DNA of 64,000 nucleotides. It comes from Eremomyces bilateralis CBS 781.70. Lineage: Eukaryota. The notes beneath the pieces are model-generated. The model was given only the letters and a program-made list of their open reading frames with translations. It searched no databases and was not told the DNA's origin. The DNA lies in assembly GCA_010015585.1 (NCBI GenBank), contig ML975150.1; one strand, 5' to 3'. This document shows, in pieces, positions 23,050 through 37,055 of the stretch. Numbering within the stretch: the first letter of the stretch is position 1; every line of letters begins with the position of its first letter. Both the position numbers and the translations under genes were made by a program.

Positions 23050-24337
23050 GTTGAGAATGTGCCCAGAAAGGTTGACTATGAAACGATGTGACCGAGCGAC
23101 AGGGAACAGAATTCAGACGGAAATGACACAGAGAAACTAATACTTGATATAGGAATGATATAGGAACATTTAAGTATAGAATGGGTGTTCGGCCCAGCAC
23201 CATACCTCCTGGATATTGCTGATCGGATGGGATGCGGGGTATTAGAGGAGTCACCTAGGTCTAATAGATTATAGATCATGGCACGGCTAGGCTTGTATGA
23301 TTAATACCTGAACAGACGATATCGGATGGAGGGGTGAACATCACTGACACACTGTGGAGATTCAATAATTGTAGTTGATTCGGAGGCATAAACAGCATCG
23401 TTTGTGACAATCTTGGGCTTCGCCCAGTCTCTTTGAGTCATTGAGATTGAGTGACGAGTGTCGAGTGTTATGAATGAGTGCACGGGCCGGCTGTCTATAT
23501 TAAAGATTAGTTTAATTTAACGATTCTCGGAAGAGATCTTATCTTCATCTCTTCTGCAACTTATATTCCAATCGGCCAAAAGGCACAGTATTGGCGCACA
23601 GCTGAGGGATCTGCAACGTATATACCACTTCCTATTGTTCTTGCTATTGTTCCTTATAACAATTATTTCCATTCGGTCCAATTCCTTCGGTTTGAGAGTG
23701 GTTTCACTTCGTCCGTTAACACTTTGCCTGTCACAGTCTTGAGCTACGCTCGACTGTTGTGGTAGAGTAGCCATGCGGCTTAAAGAAGAAGAAACGACTT
23801 TCATTGATAAGGGGCCGGGCCCACAGACAGTTGTATATTTACTCCTCAAGAAGAGTTGTTTCTTTCTTCTTTCTATATCAATTCGATAACGATCAAACGC
23901 AACCAAATTCTCTGATTCGAACCGTGACATTGCCCTCAATTATTTCACTGCGTCCGTTGTGACTTTGCCTTCACTTATTTCATCTTTCCACTCATTGCGA
24001 CACCATAGATAAACGCTATCGACGATAGAGCAGGGCTCGTTGGTTTGATAGAGGTCAAAGAAGACATAGGGTCCAGCAAGTTCGGATTTCTTAGGCTTAT
24101 CCTACGAAGACGAATAGGTCGGCACCGATGATTGAGAGAAGATAGTCCTAGACCGTCATAACCCATGGGACCCATCTAGATCGAACGATGACCCTGGGAA
24201 GCAACTCTGCTTTTCGGCGGCCAGTCTCCGACGTCATGTCTTTTCTAGCGGCGTGGATCAGGAGTCGGTAAGAACCAGGACTGTGCGTATGTACGGATTA
24301 GAACCCGAACTAAACTTATATCTAGATCGGACCTTGG

Positions 24338-25367
24338 GTGCGATGGCTTCTCGAGAAGTGCATGATCCGACGAACCGCCGATTTTCGTGTCGATGGCAAG
24401 CGTATCGGTGACCAGCGGCCAGACATGCGAAAATCTAATCACGATCGATATGACGCCAGCGGAACCCCAGGCATACAACCTTTTATACCAATCGTTGATC
24501 AACCAGCTCTTCAAGCTTAAGGTGGAGGACCCTTAACCCAATCACTACTTGGACTGGTTTTCAATGGTTAATGCACTATACTGCCAAGAATGTGAGGGCG
24601 TTTAAGAAGAAAGATGGAGATGCATGTCAGATGCTAGTAGATGTTCGCAATGCCCAAGTCAAGAAGAAGACTAAGACGATCATTAACCTCCCGGAGCGCA
24701 ACAACTTGCAAGAGACCCTCGAGATCTTCTGTGATGGAGCTCCCAAGCTGCGATATCTGCTACTCCTAATCGTCGACAAGGTAGTGAAGGGCCAGAAGAA
24801 GATGATGATTTGGGTAAATCCCCCAGCCCAGCAGATATGGCTCGAAAAGGTAAATCTTCTGTATATACGTACATACACATATATAATCAAGCGTAGATAT
24901 TGCGAATGGTGGGACTCGATGTACGTAGTTACTCCGTGGACCTCGATGCCGATGCTCGCAGTAACTAGCGGCAGATTTCCACGAAGAGGCCGACGTCTGT
25001 ACTTCCCTCGTCTATAGTTTCCAGATTTCTGCGATGGGGCCAAACCTATACGGACAATGCCATTTCTGCGTCTTCCTGGAGCCAGAGTGCAACCTGCAAG
25101 TAGAAGACCAAGCTCTCCACCGACTTGTCTGTGCGGAGAAGAACACTGGGTGCAGCTGGTCCGCTTACTTACCCATGACAGTTTCAATACTCAGCAGCAC
25201 GGCAATCAGATCGTAAAGTCCCTGGCAGGGTTGATGGCATCGCTGAACATGCTGGAGTTTGGAGACGAATCCTGACTGTCGATGAGACCCTGGTTGCCAT
25301 CTGGCGGACACTAATGGGCACCCCGGTGGACATCAGCGACGCGATCATGGAAGCATACGAGGCATGA
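24338..25367 (+). pseudogene. Decayed SNF2-family helicase fragment (end of ATPase lobe 1 plus Helicase_C)
   Basis: LLEKCMIRRT, PKLRYLL, KMMIWV, EK|ILRMVGLDVRSY across an intron at 24850-24896, GPNLYGQCHFCVFLEP.CN...EDQALHR, then VQLVRLLTHDSFN. Multiple frameshifts and a premature stop; no Walker A/B region found upstream. Confidence 0.72.
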
Positions 25368-26791
25368 ACAGCATCATTGACCATCAATATATGAATTGGA
25401 GAATGTTTTCCTAGGCCGGATTGATTTGGTTTGAGTTCCGATTACCTCATCGCATGCTACTAAGCCCTGTAGATGGCCTGCGAAGCTTAGCAAGATACCG
25501 CCTCCGCATCTGTCCAGGCTATGAAGACAGCCTCCAAATCGGGTGGTCGGATGGCATTACAGTACCACGGTGCGGATCTCAAGGGCACTCAATTCTATGT
25601 GGATGGGACAGACTAGGTGAAGAGACTGGTATCAAGTTGTCTGAAATGTATCATGCAGGCGTCGCTCCAAACCAGTTCCGGTCAAGGGTAGCCTTCACTT
25701 CCAATTGGGAGAGGATCGGAGGCATGCTTGCGGCGATGTGACTCCGAGGAGGCGGAAGAAGAACGGCATTAACAAGGCAGATCCATACGCACGACTTTGA
25801 CGTGGAAGTAAAAACACAGTTATGACGGTGAAGTGATGAAATAATGAAATTGGTGAAGGACTGAAGGAGGACAAGGCATATTTGAGTTTGAAGGGACATG
25901 GGATGGTGGCGGAGCGGAGGGACTCTCTATGGAGTAGGGAGTACCTGCTGTGGCTGTGCCAGACCCTGGGGCTGCGTCGGCCGGGGGGGTTCGCAGCACC
26001 CGGGACTCGAGAACCCAAGAACGGAAGACCACAGCGCCGCGATCTGGTCCACCACCGTCCAAGAGTGATCAGTAAGGGACTTCCTGTTACCATGGTCCAG
26101 GTACGTTTAAGGGTCGGATCCCCAGATTCTGCTTCATCACTTCGGACACGCTAAATATCCGAGTTTGTTAATTGTCATCACTGTAGCAAATGAATGAAGT
26201 ACCTATTGAATTGGATTAGAATTTCGATGGGTGCTACTGTGCTACCACTGCTAGTCTGCTACAAAGTTGCAACTGTAGCTGCCACTGCCACTGCAACTGC
26301 AACCTCTACAAGGCGACAAGGCGGCAAGGCATATCGGAAATCCACCTCGCACTCGTCTCACCACAGCCAATCACCAGTCACCAGTCACCTCTCAACTCTC
26401 ACCTTTCACCTCTCCACATTCCCCGACCCTCCACGTACCTCTACCGCTTCTACCGCTCTACAATCACACTCCACCCTCCGCTCCTTCCCACGGGCTTTCT
26501 TCAACTCTGCACCTGTTCATTCAACTAATCTTTCAACGTTCTGTTCCGCTCGCTTTGAAATTCCCAATTAGGAAATGTTGAATCGACCTTTTTCTACCTT
26601 CGCTTCCATCCCAACCTTGGACTTTCCCTCCCAACGCCTTCCCATGACCACCACCACCACACCATCTCCCGCTTCCACATCTGACCTCGACTCTCCCGAC
26701 CCTTCCTGATTTGCGCAACTCATTGACCATCTCCATCAAGGGCTCTCCGCCTCGAGAAAGTGCTCCGACACTGGTCTACCGGCTTATCAAT

Positions 26792-29700
26792 ATGGCGCAT
26801 AACCAGAACGGTCACTACTACTACCATCAACCACCGCCGTCGCAGCCCTACCCGACTCAATATTCGGACAGCGATAATGCGGACAACTCTCATCCCGGAC
26901 TCTACGGTGCAGGCGTCGCACCACATGGCTCGAATACCCCATACTCGGCCACATCCAATGTACCGGAACGGACCAGAAGTGTGGCCGCTCGACAGAACGA
27001 CGAACTGTTCATCGGATCACCGATGAACCCATCAGCATCCCCCACCAGACAATCGTCGAGTGCGGGATACCCATCTTCGAACCCACAGCCGGCCTACAAC
27101 CCCCAGAACTACGCAAATCCCCCTCCCACACCCCCAGTTCATGGAAATAACTTTTACTCGCATTCCTCTGCGGAAGGCAGGCCGAGGGCCCCAAGTTCTG
27201 GCGGTCATTCGCAGTATAACCCTGCTGACTATGCGGACCCGAACATCCAACGCCATTCGAGTGTCGCGTATCCTGCCGGGGCATATGGCCCTTCTTCCTC
27301 ATATGCGATCCCTTCTCCACCGGTCCATCAATATTCCTTCGCACGAACGCAGTCAACCCATCCTTTCCGACAATCCACACTCCCTTATCCCTCACAGACC
27401 ACGGCGACCGGCGGGGATCGTTCCGCGTACACCCCCCCCGCCCCTCCTCCGCTTCCGATGTTAGCATCCTCTCCAGATGAACATATTGACGTCAATAGCC
27501 GATTCTCTCAACGACAGCAGCACCCAGTTCCTCGCCACAATTCAGAACCGTATCGTTCCCAAATCCAACCATCGCCTCTTCCTTCCACCCTACCGCTTCG
27601 GCATCCGTCCAACGGTCAATCCGACCGCTTCACCCCATCGCCTTACGCATCCACGGGCCACTCATCACCACAACGGCAAGAGTCGCTACGACACCCACAA
27701 TTACGACCGCTGCCAGGACCGCCCATTGAACCGGACCAGACATACCCGGCGAATGGGCTTCCTTACGATCAGAACGAGGGGTCGCAGGATCGTCTTTTCG
27801 ATGAAGTGGAAGAGGCCATGAATATGCACACGGGAGTACGGAGTCCTCGCATCGAACTGACCGAATCTCAGTCCCACGGATTGCACGGCAGCGAGACGTT
27901 GACTCGGCGCAGCACGAATGGCCACTTGACACCGGAGGTGGGACGCCCGGCTTACAGCGATGAAAGTGACGCGGAGGCGGTTGGTGGCCTGGAAGCGATG
28001 CGGCTTGCCGACGAACAAGACCAGCGAGACGAATACCGACGCCGAAGCGGACAAAGCACATTGTTTGGCACCTACGCGGCACCAGCAGGTCCACAGCCGT
28101 CGCAGCCCCAGGACATTCCCAGTGATAGCGATGGCGTCGGCATCGATCTGATGTCCTACGGTGGAACCTTCCAACCCTCGGTATCATACGGGGGTGATCC
28201 GGGCCAGTTGGCTGCCCGGCAGTCTTCACTGCGGACCGTTGAGAGTCGAAATGGAGGTCTTTCTTCTTCCGGATCTCAACGACGGTCGGAAACGAGTGAC
28301 GCCGAGACCCTGTACGAGAACGAAGTCTACGGTGGTCCATACGCGAGAGTGGACGCTTTCGGGACGGGAGGTTTGGCCGAACCTTCCGCACAGCGACGAC
28401 GCCTGAGTTATGATGAAGGAGATGAATCAAATTTCCTCAACGACGGCGGCCTCGCACCGGGAGATCCTCCGGACTTATTCTATCATCCCGGGATGTCGAA
28501 CCACCGCCCTCTGCCCCTACCTCCACCTGGCGAGGCTCTCCCCGGTGGAACTGCACCATACCCAATGGAATGGAATCAAGGCGGTAACCTGACATTTCCA
28601 TCATACCCCCAAGGACCGGAAGCGCCTCCCCCAACCGTGCTTAGCCCAATCACTGCTGGAGTCGGTTTGCAACCTGGAAGGGCCATATCCCTCATATCAC
28701 ACTCCAACACCGCTCAAACACCCGCACCGATACGATCCAAGACCGACGCTGAATACCGGTCCCAGCGCCAGCAGGCCGGGAAACCAGTGCCTGGCGATAG
28801 CAGCGGGAATACGACCGCAAGTGCCAGTGCGGTAGCTCTCGATTTACCCACATTGCCGATCGCCCGCCGCTTTAATCCTTCCAAACTGAGTACGACCGAT
28901 TTCAAGCGGTGCCCAGAGCCATGGGCGTTGAGCTCGATTATATCGTGGCTCAAATTCATGACCGAAGGCGAAAACGAGCTCAAGAAAGGTCCGATTGTCG
29001 AAGGCCTGGTCGCTCTGTTCACACACAAGGTTCCGACGATGAACATCGCTGATGCGGAGACCCTCAGTACAACGGTCGTCCAGAACATGTTCCAAGCCGG
29101 TGTTCTGGAGAGGGAAGAGGAATGGCTGAAGTTTAGTTCGGAGTCCATGACCGGCGTCATCTTCCAGTTATCCGGGGCCGGTTGTTACGCTTCGAAACTG
29201 CATGAATCCAACGCCAGCGGTCGTTGTTACTCGCACCATTGCCAACGGACGCTAAAAAAGATCGATCTCAATAAGCAATCCGTTTTGAAGCCGACCGACG
29301 ACTGGGCAACGTACTACAAGATCAAGAAAGAGGATGTCGAGGGCGTCTCGTCGAAAGAGGTCGAACGACAGAACATCCTTCACGAGATCGTGCAAAAGGA
29401 AGAAGGCTTTATGGATCAATTGGATGTGCTCCGAATTCTCTACCGCGATACGTTACAGACGTCCAACCCACCTTCGATCGAACCGAAACGCCTGAAGAAA
29501 TTCCTCCATGCGGTGTTTGGTAAAGTCGACGCCGTTAAGAAAGCCAACGAGGAGTTCCTTCTCCCGCAGATGAAGTATCGTCAACACGAGCAGGGACCTT
29601 GGATGGTGGGGTTCAGTGACATCTTCCGCGAATGGATCCGGAAAGCCAAGGTGGCCTACACGGAGTACGCCGCGGCCTTCCCTCATGCGACATTCTTGGT

Positions 29701-31869
29701 CCGGCAAGAAATGGAGCGCAACATCCCTTTCCGGATGTTCATCGATCGCGCTCGGAGCGATCCTCGCTCCAACAAACTCGCTTGGGATACGTACCTGAAG
29801 GCTCCTATTACACGCCTTCAGCACTACGGGTTGCTACTGGACACGGTGCTCAAGAAAACCATCCAAGATTCGGACGAGAAGCGAAACTTGATCGTGGCAA
29901 TCGACGAGATCAAAGCGGTTACCCACGAGTGCGACGCCAAAGTGGCGGAAATGAGCCGGAAAGTGGATTTGACCGATTTGCAGAGCAAGTTAAAGTTGAG
30001 ACAGGGCATGCAACGCGTGGAGTTGAATCTCGACCATCTCGGCCGCGAACTCATCTTCAAAGGAGACCTGCAGCGGTTGGGGACCACGAAATTTTCTCTG
30101 CTGGAGACGCATGCATTGCTGTTCGACCATTTCCTCGTGTTGGCGAAATCCGTGACGGAGAGAGAAGGGGATGCGAAATCGGAAAAGTACGACGTCTCGC
30201 GACTGGTAAGTACTTCATCCACCCATTTGAACTCTGTTAATCAAATTTCAGCCCATCCCTATGGACTTGCTGCTATTAGAAAGCCGAGACGATGATCCTG
30301 TGATCAAATCGACTGTCAGAGGCATTGCTGCGGTAGCGCCACGAGTCGCACCGGCTCTAGAACCACGATCCAGCCGTACATCATCGCATCAAAGCCCTGG
30401 TCCTGGGAGCATCACTCATACCAATACCAACGTGTCGGTGGCTTCGTCGTCTTCGAGTTCTTCTAACAAGACCATGGTACCAAACCCGGTTATCGATCCC
30501 AAGGAAGACAAAATCTTGTACCCGTTCCGAATCAAGCATCTCGGTAAGGATACCTATACTCTATTTGCACCCACGTTGCAGAACCGGGACGAATGGTGCG
30601 ATCGAATCATCGAGGCAAAAACGCGACATGCGACCGCGTTATTCGCACAGAATGCCGAGCCTTTCAAACTGAGAGTGATGGCGGATGCGGCATTTGCGCA
30701 CGATTCCACCGTCGTGGGACAGAAGACCATTGTCATCCAGGGAACACCGCTTGACCGGGCGGTACGAGAAGTGGAAAATACGTTTGTCAGCGCCGGCCGA
30801 CCGTCGCCCATCTGCAGAGCCAAGGTCAATTGCGCCACAAGCTTCACGCAAGGAAAGAAGCCCATGCTCGCCGTCGGCACGGATATCGGCGTTTTCATAT
30901 CGGAGATGAACAATCCGCGAGGCTGGATGAAGGTAAGGTTCAAACCGCAACACATCGTGGCAACACTAACGAATCCAGGCAATCACCGCGCTCAAGGTAG
31001 CACAGATTGCCGTGCTCGAAGAGTTCGGACTCTTCCTACTCATCTCGGACAAATCCCTCATCGCATATCATCTCGACGTCGTATGCCCTTTGAATGGCGG
31101 ATCGACGGGCGATTCTGCGCGAAAGGCTCCTCTGAAACTCTCGGGTAGCCGCGACGTGGGTTTCTTCGCTACTGGGCGAATGAAAGACCGTGTTCTCGTC
31201 TTCTACAAGAAACGCGAAGGCCTCTCCTCGACGTTCAAGGTCCTTGAACCCATCTATCAGAAAGCCAGTGAGAAGAAGATGCGTGGGTTTATGAGGTCTG
31301 GCCGGACCGAGTTTTTCCGCGAGTTCGACGAGTTCTACATCCCGACCGAATGCATGGGCATCAGCCTCTACAACACCTCCCTTGCCGTCTCCACCCTTCG
31401 CGGCTTCGAAATCCTGACACTTGACAAGAAGCAGCCATGGAGTGTCCCGGATCTCCGACAACCGCACGTCGCGACCATCGCGCAACGATTGGCTAGTCAA
31501 ACGCCGCTCGGCATGTTCCGACTTTCCGACCAAGATTTCCTTCTTTGCTACGAAGAGTGTGCGGTGTACGTCAACAAGCATGGCGACATTTCCCGCAGTG
31601 TGATCATGGAATTCGTCGGCAAAGCACGCAGCGCGGCGCTGCATGGTCCATACATCCTCTTGTTCGACCAGGATTTCGTCGAGATCCGCAACGCGCAGGA
31701 TGGCAGATTGAGGCAGGTCATCGCCGGACGCGACGTCAAATGTCTGGACGACGGACGTAGCGGGAGCAGCCAGGGATCGCGGACGATCAAGGTGAGCATG
31801 CAGCATCCGGAGGAGCAGCGGAGCCAGATCGTGGTGGAGTTGGTCGTGAACGAGAGCTTGAAGGAGTGA
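26792..31869 (+). CDS. rgf3: Rho guanine-nucleotide exchange factor with DH-PH-CNH architecture (Rgf3/Tus1-like); exons 26792-30205, 30252-30932, 30979-31869
   Basis: Long low-complexity N-terminus; CYSHHCQRTL; DH domain ERQNILHEIVQKEE...LKAPITRLQHYGLLL; PH domain LFDHFLVLAK...PIPMDLL; CNH domain QIAVLEEFGLFLLISDKSLIAY...VYVNKHGDISR. Confidence 0.88.
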
Positions 31870-34800
31870 ACATGGAACATACCAAATGGGGTATTGTTGA
31901 TGGCCTTGGGTTTTCGTTGATTGGCCGGCGGTCTGCTTTTGTTTCCTGGAAACCAGGAGACTTTGCCATGGTATTGGTCCTTGGCCTTGGGCGAATAATG
32001 ATCATTGATGGTCTGAAACGAGGTCATGGCATGTTTATTCGCGCATATTCCGCACTTAGGATGCCCCGGTGCATACGAATGACCATGGGGGTATGGATCC
32101 TTTCTGCACCGTGTCGATTGGGTTATCTACTGCGATCATTCACGGCGCGTGCTTGCTTTCGATCTTTCCTTGGTTAGACGAAGATCTGCGGATCCGATCC
32201 TTGGGGACTCCGAGATCCGGATTGATGCTTACTGGGAAGATCAACATAAGTATTCCGGGACACCGGGGACGTTCTTCCCTTAGATCCTGTACCAGTATTG
32301 AATGTTTTGAACCTTCCAAGGTTACAGTGGATTGTCGATGCATCACAACCACATCCATCACAGCAGAACCCAAGTCAATTCTCCAAGTCCTTCCGGACAA
32401 GCAGAGATGCGCCACGTGATTGGAACGAGGCCCTCTACTTCCACCGACCCGATATGACGACTACAATAGGCACAGACTGGGTGGGCATGGGATAGGTACC
32501 TACTCTATTTCGCGGATTGACGTTGATATCTCTCGGAGCTGACCGAATCGATGTTTCAAGTATGCATACCAAAATCTCCTGTCATTGGTGTGGATAGACT
32601 CGGTTCAGGCCTCCAAGCGATCTTTCGGCGAAATGGATACAAATCAAAGTATGAGGCCAAGAGCCCCTCGGCCAAGGGTAAGCTTGGCAAACGTGGGGCC
32701 ATTTAAAAATGTAACGTCCTATTTGGACGTTCCGTTCTATCTTACATTCTTACATTGTTCTGCCTGTCCGGGGGGCCTAGACATGAAGGGCCAAGGATGG
32801 GTTTGGAAATTTGGAGGACGATCGGTCGACTGAATATCAATGACGACACCACGAGATATCCTCAACGTTTAATTTTCATTCTAGCGAGCTGCGATGTGCG
32901 GTGCATCCTGAATTCGTGATGTCGTGGGCCAAGGCGAACCAGTGGAGCTTGAGACTGTTAAAGATCGGATGAGGCGTTCTTGGCGGCTCGAGTTCGAGCT
33001 TTGGTCTTTGGTGTGCCGAAAGCGCGGCCTGCCTGGCCAAAATGCTCATTGATCAGCCATACAAATTACAATTGAATTGAAAACCTGACTAGTTATGCAC
33101 AGGGCTTACCTACATAGTACATAGCACATAGTATGCACCGCTACTCCCGCTCCGGTTTGTCTCTATTCTCTACGGAGTACTGCTAGTCTGCTACGTACTC
33201 CACATTCCGCAGTCCGCACTGAACACTCTATCGCAACTTCCGGTTTCCCCAACCCATCGGATATGCATGACACAAAGGAATAGTACCAGAGTCCAAAATG
33301 ATCATCAGATTTCAGAGAGTCCGATCTCACCGTGGTCTACCACCGACCTGGGTATTGCGGGTACTTGGGTATTACAGGAAACCAATCAAGGTAACCATGG
33401 GCTGTTGTCCGGCGTCCGGAGTCCTCCGTAAAGGGTACCGAAGTTAAAGAATCAGCGGGAACCGTCGACCGTGGGGACAGGGACACGATTGACAGAATCT
33501 GCTGGTGCTGCTGAGTGTAGTGGCCCAAAGTTGCATGCATCGATTGATAAGAACCCAAGTCCCGGACTCTTTATCTGCCTTTGTGCGGTCATCCGATGCC
33601 GTTTGTTGTGTGAGGCTGTGAGCCCACAGTGTCAGCCGCGCCGCAGCAACGAGGCTTAATGCTTCAAACAGAAGGGAAAATGAAAGGAGTCGAGCCAATG
33701 TCTTCTGATGACCGAATGATACGACGGAAAGGCATGGGGTAAGGTTGAACAAGGTAGAATTAAGAAATGTGTGGAGAAGGTGCCTCTTCCCGCACCCAGG
33801 ATCCCACCCTGCCGTAAATCGTAATTTCCAAGATTCCAAGATATCATAAAGCACATGTAGAGTGATGCAGATCGTATTCATGTCTTATCTTCGAAGTGGC
33901 GTCCTGGCGTTTTCTTAGCAAATGGCCCTTGTGAAGACTCAAGAGTCAAGACGTCCCTGTCTTATGTCTGTGCTTTCGCATTGATCCCAGAGGCCGGAGG
34001 ATTCAGGATAGCCGAGTATGTGTCTACATTCCTAATGAAGTGGTCATCGAATATCTTCGACCACATGCAACTATTCAGAATATGGAAGTTCCATCGCCCA
34101 TCTCCGCCATCCAAGCCAATGGCTATGGGGTAACGGGGATATTTTGCGGATGGTTGCACCGAACGAGGGTTGTTCCGTTGGGTAACCTATCAGCCAAGGC
34201 GTTTTTGTCAGTCTGTCCGTCGCTTGGAAATGGGAAACCAGAAGACTGATCATTGTAGCCAGAACCAGAGGTTTCCCGTCATGACGATCCTTCTAAGTAC
34301 CTAGCATTTTGTTGGATAGCCAACGCTGCCCCGATGATGTATGGAGGATGGTGGTACGGCGGTGCAGATAACAGCATCATCGGGTACATATCGCTCACGC
34401 CCCGCCAAGTCCTTGTCTCTGGTCTAGAAGACCTGAACTGGAGTTCTGGAGATCGACCTGGACCCCCGATCAGTTGGAGACCTGGAGAATAAGAGTTCTA
34501 TCATCACCTCACTCACATTGACCCTTTCTCCAGTTTTCCCTCCACCCTTTCGCCTCTCGCCTCTCGCCTCCTGGAGTATCGCTTGGGATCTAACAGAACG
34601 GTGTGGAGAGTAGTGAATCTCATCTACTACATAGTGCGTCACTACGTACATGGTCTTGAAATCGGTTCACAGTGGATCCCAGTCCATATTTCGTGTTCCA
34701 CCACCACCGAGCTCGTCTTGCGATTTTACTCTTCCAATTCGAAATTCTTCAAGAGTTCACTCTCGAAGTTGCCCAAGTCCCATACCTATACTTCCTTATA

Positions 34801-35149
34801 CCTTCACTTACGGTACGGAATACTGTCTGGTGTACCGCACATCAGCGTGAGAATCTGGTGGTATCGGTTCGCCTGTGGTGCAGCTCCCAGATCAGGACGG
34901 AGTACCCGCGGATCACGATATCAGCTGTAGAGGACGACGGCGAACGATTAATACAATAGTTTTGTCAGTACTCCATACTATTTCTTTCTTCAGCCCCCAG
35001 AACTAGCACATGGTTTACTCTTGTCCCGAATTTCGACTTTGGTGATCGGAAAGCTACAAGCCGATACGAAAGCCAGCACGACTTGCGATTGGTTGGAAAT
35101 TAGCAGCAGACAACTAACAGATTGATATAGAGCTGTCATCTCTCCAACC

Positions 35150-37055
35150 ATGGCGGAAAAATCTGGTGAATATGCCAAGGGGGCGGGTGAATTCGATGTC
35201 TATGATCAGAGTCCAACGAGGGACCCCGATCCGGAACAACATCATCTTCATCGAGGCCTTAAATCGCGGCATATTACTATGATTGCAATTGGTGGTGCAA
35301 TTGGAACTGGTCTGATCATTGGAACTGGCTCCGCCCTCGCAAAAGCTGGGTGAGCTACCCTAACAGATTCGAATCGAATATGTGCGATTCCGGGATTACA
35401 ATCGCTGACACCACCTCAGTCCTGCATCGATCCTGATCTCATACTCCCTCGTCGGTGTCCTCGTCTGGATTGTCATGTGCGCCGTTGGAGAAATGGGTGC
35501 CTGGCTACCTCTCGAAGGTGGTTTCACTGCGTTCGCGGATCGTTATTGCGACAGTGCTCTTGGATTCGCCCTTGGATGGGTGAGTGAAACCTCCACAACT
35601 AATGGATGAACCTGCTGAGCGCTGACACACGGACAGACCTACTGGTTCAAATACATTATTGTCACCCCGAACCAGCTAACCGCAGGTGCGCTGGTCATCC
35701 AGTTCTGGGTAAAACCAGAGCGGGTAAACCCAGGAGTTTTTATCGCCATCTTCATGGTCCTGATTGCTTGCATCAACTATTTCGGTATCCGAGTGTTCGG
35801 AGAGTTCGAGTTCTACCTTTCTTCGTTCAAGGTCATTGTTGTCATCGGTCTGATTCTGCTATCGTTCATCTTGGCCCTTGGTGGCGGACCGAATCACGAT
35901 AGAATTGGATTCCGGTATTACCACGATCCCGGCGCATTCAAACCATATCTCAAGAGTGAGTCGAGCAACACATTCGATACTGTGGGCTGGTCTAACTTGT
36001 ATCTAGCTGGCAGCGCTGGTAACTTTTTGGGATTCTGGTCTAGCATGGTGACGGCTGTCTTCGCGTATCTCGGTACCGAGCTCGTCGGTGTCACCCTCGG
36101 AGAGGCTCAAAACCCACGCAAGACGATCCCTCGCGCGATCAAGCTCACCTTTTATCGAATCGTCTTCTTCTACGTCCTGTCTGTCTTATTCTTGGGTATG
36201 ATCGTTCCCTACGACTCCCCCGATTTGGTTTTCGCCACCAAGGTCACCAACAACTCGGCCTCCGCCTCTCCGTTCGTGGTCGCCATCAAACTTGCAGGAA
36301 TTCCGGTCCTCCCCCACATTTTGAACGCCTGCATTCTGATCTTCGTTTTCTCCGCGGCCAATTCCGATCTATATATCGGATCACGGACCATCTACGGTCT
36401 TGCGAAGGAAGGGAAAGCTCCACGCATCTTCGCCTGGACGGATAAACGTGGCGTTCCCGTCTTTTCACTTCTCATTTGCATCCTGATCTCCTCGCTGGCA
36501 TTCATGAATGTCTCGTCCGATAGCCGCAATGTGTTCCTTTACTTCGTTAATGTGGTCTCTATCCTCGGTAAGTTTCCATTCTAATGTTCATCAACCACAA
36601 CTGACAGGTGTCCAGGTCTTCTCACGTGGATTTCGATCCTGGTTGCTCACATCGGATTTATCCGAGCGCGCAAGGCGCAAAACGTACCGGTGGAGAGCCT
36701 CGCCTTCAAATCGCCCTTCGGGTTGTGGGGCTCTTCCATCGCTTTGTTCTTCTGCTGCTTGATCGCACTGACGAAGAACTTCAACGTGTTCGTCCACGAT
36801 GAGAAATATGGCAACCTTGATGTCCCCAATTTCATCACCGGCTACATCGGGATCCCGGTCTACCTTACCTTGATCGCTGGATACAAGCTGGTGTATCGCA
36901 ACAAAGCTATTGATCCTAAGACGGCGGACCTCTGGACGGGTAGGGAAGAGTATGAAAGGGAGACCAACTACTGGCTTGAGTTGGAGAGGGAGAAGAAAGA
37001 GTCCACCAAGCCGCAGTCGACGTTCTACAAGAGATTTGTCTCATGGCTTTTATAA
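35150..37055 (+). CDS. DIP5: Yeast-amino-acid-transporter (APC) family permease, dicarboxylic amino acid permease-like; 5 exons
   Basis: LHRGLKSRHITMIAIGGAIGTGL, FGEFEF, FAYLGTELVGVT.GEAQNPRKTIPRAIKLTFYRI, FSAANSDLYI, FITGYIGIP. Introns at ~35350, ~35580, ~35956, ~36568. Confidence 0.85.

Noticed and set aside
27000..32030. Many long antisense or alternate-frame ORFs over the Rho GEF (also over EFR3, the ABC gene and the repeat protein)
   Set aside because: Shadow ORFs expected from GC-rich codon usage; no recognisable motifs.
33171..33180. TACGGAGTA/TACTCCGTA motif (also ~54965 and ~61316)
   Set aside because: A common short intergenic motif in filamentous ascomycetes; no specific inference possible here.
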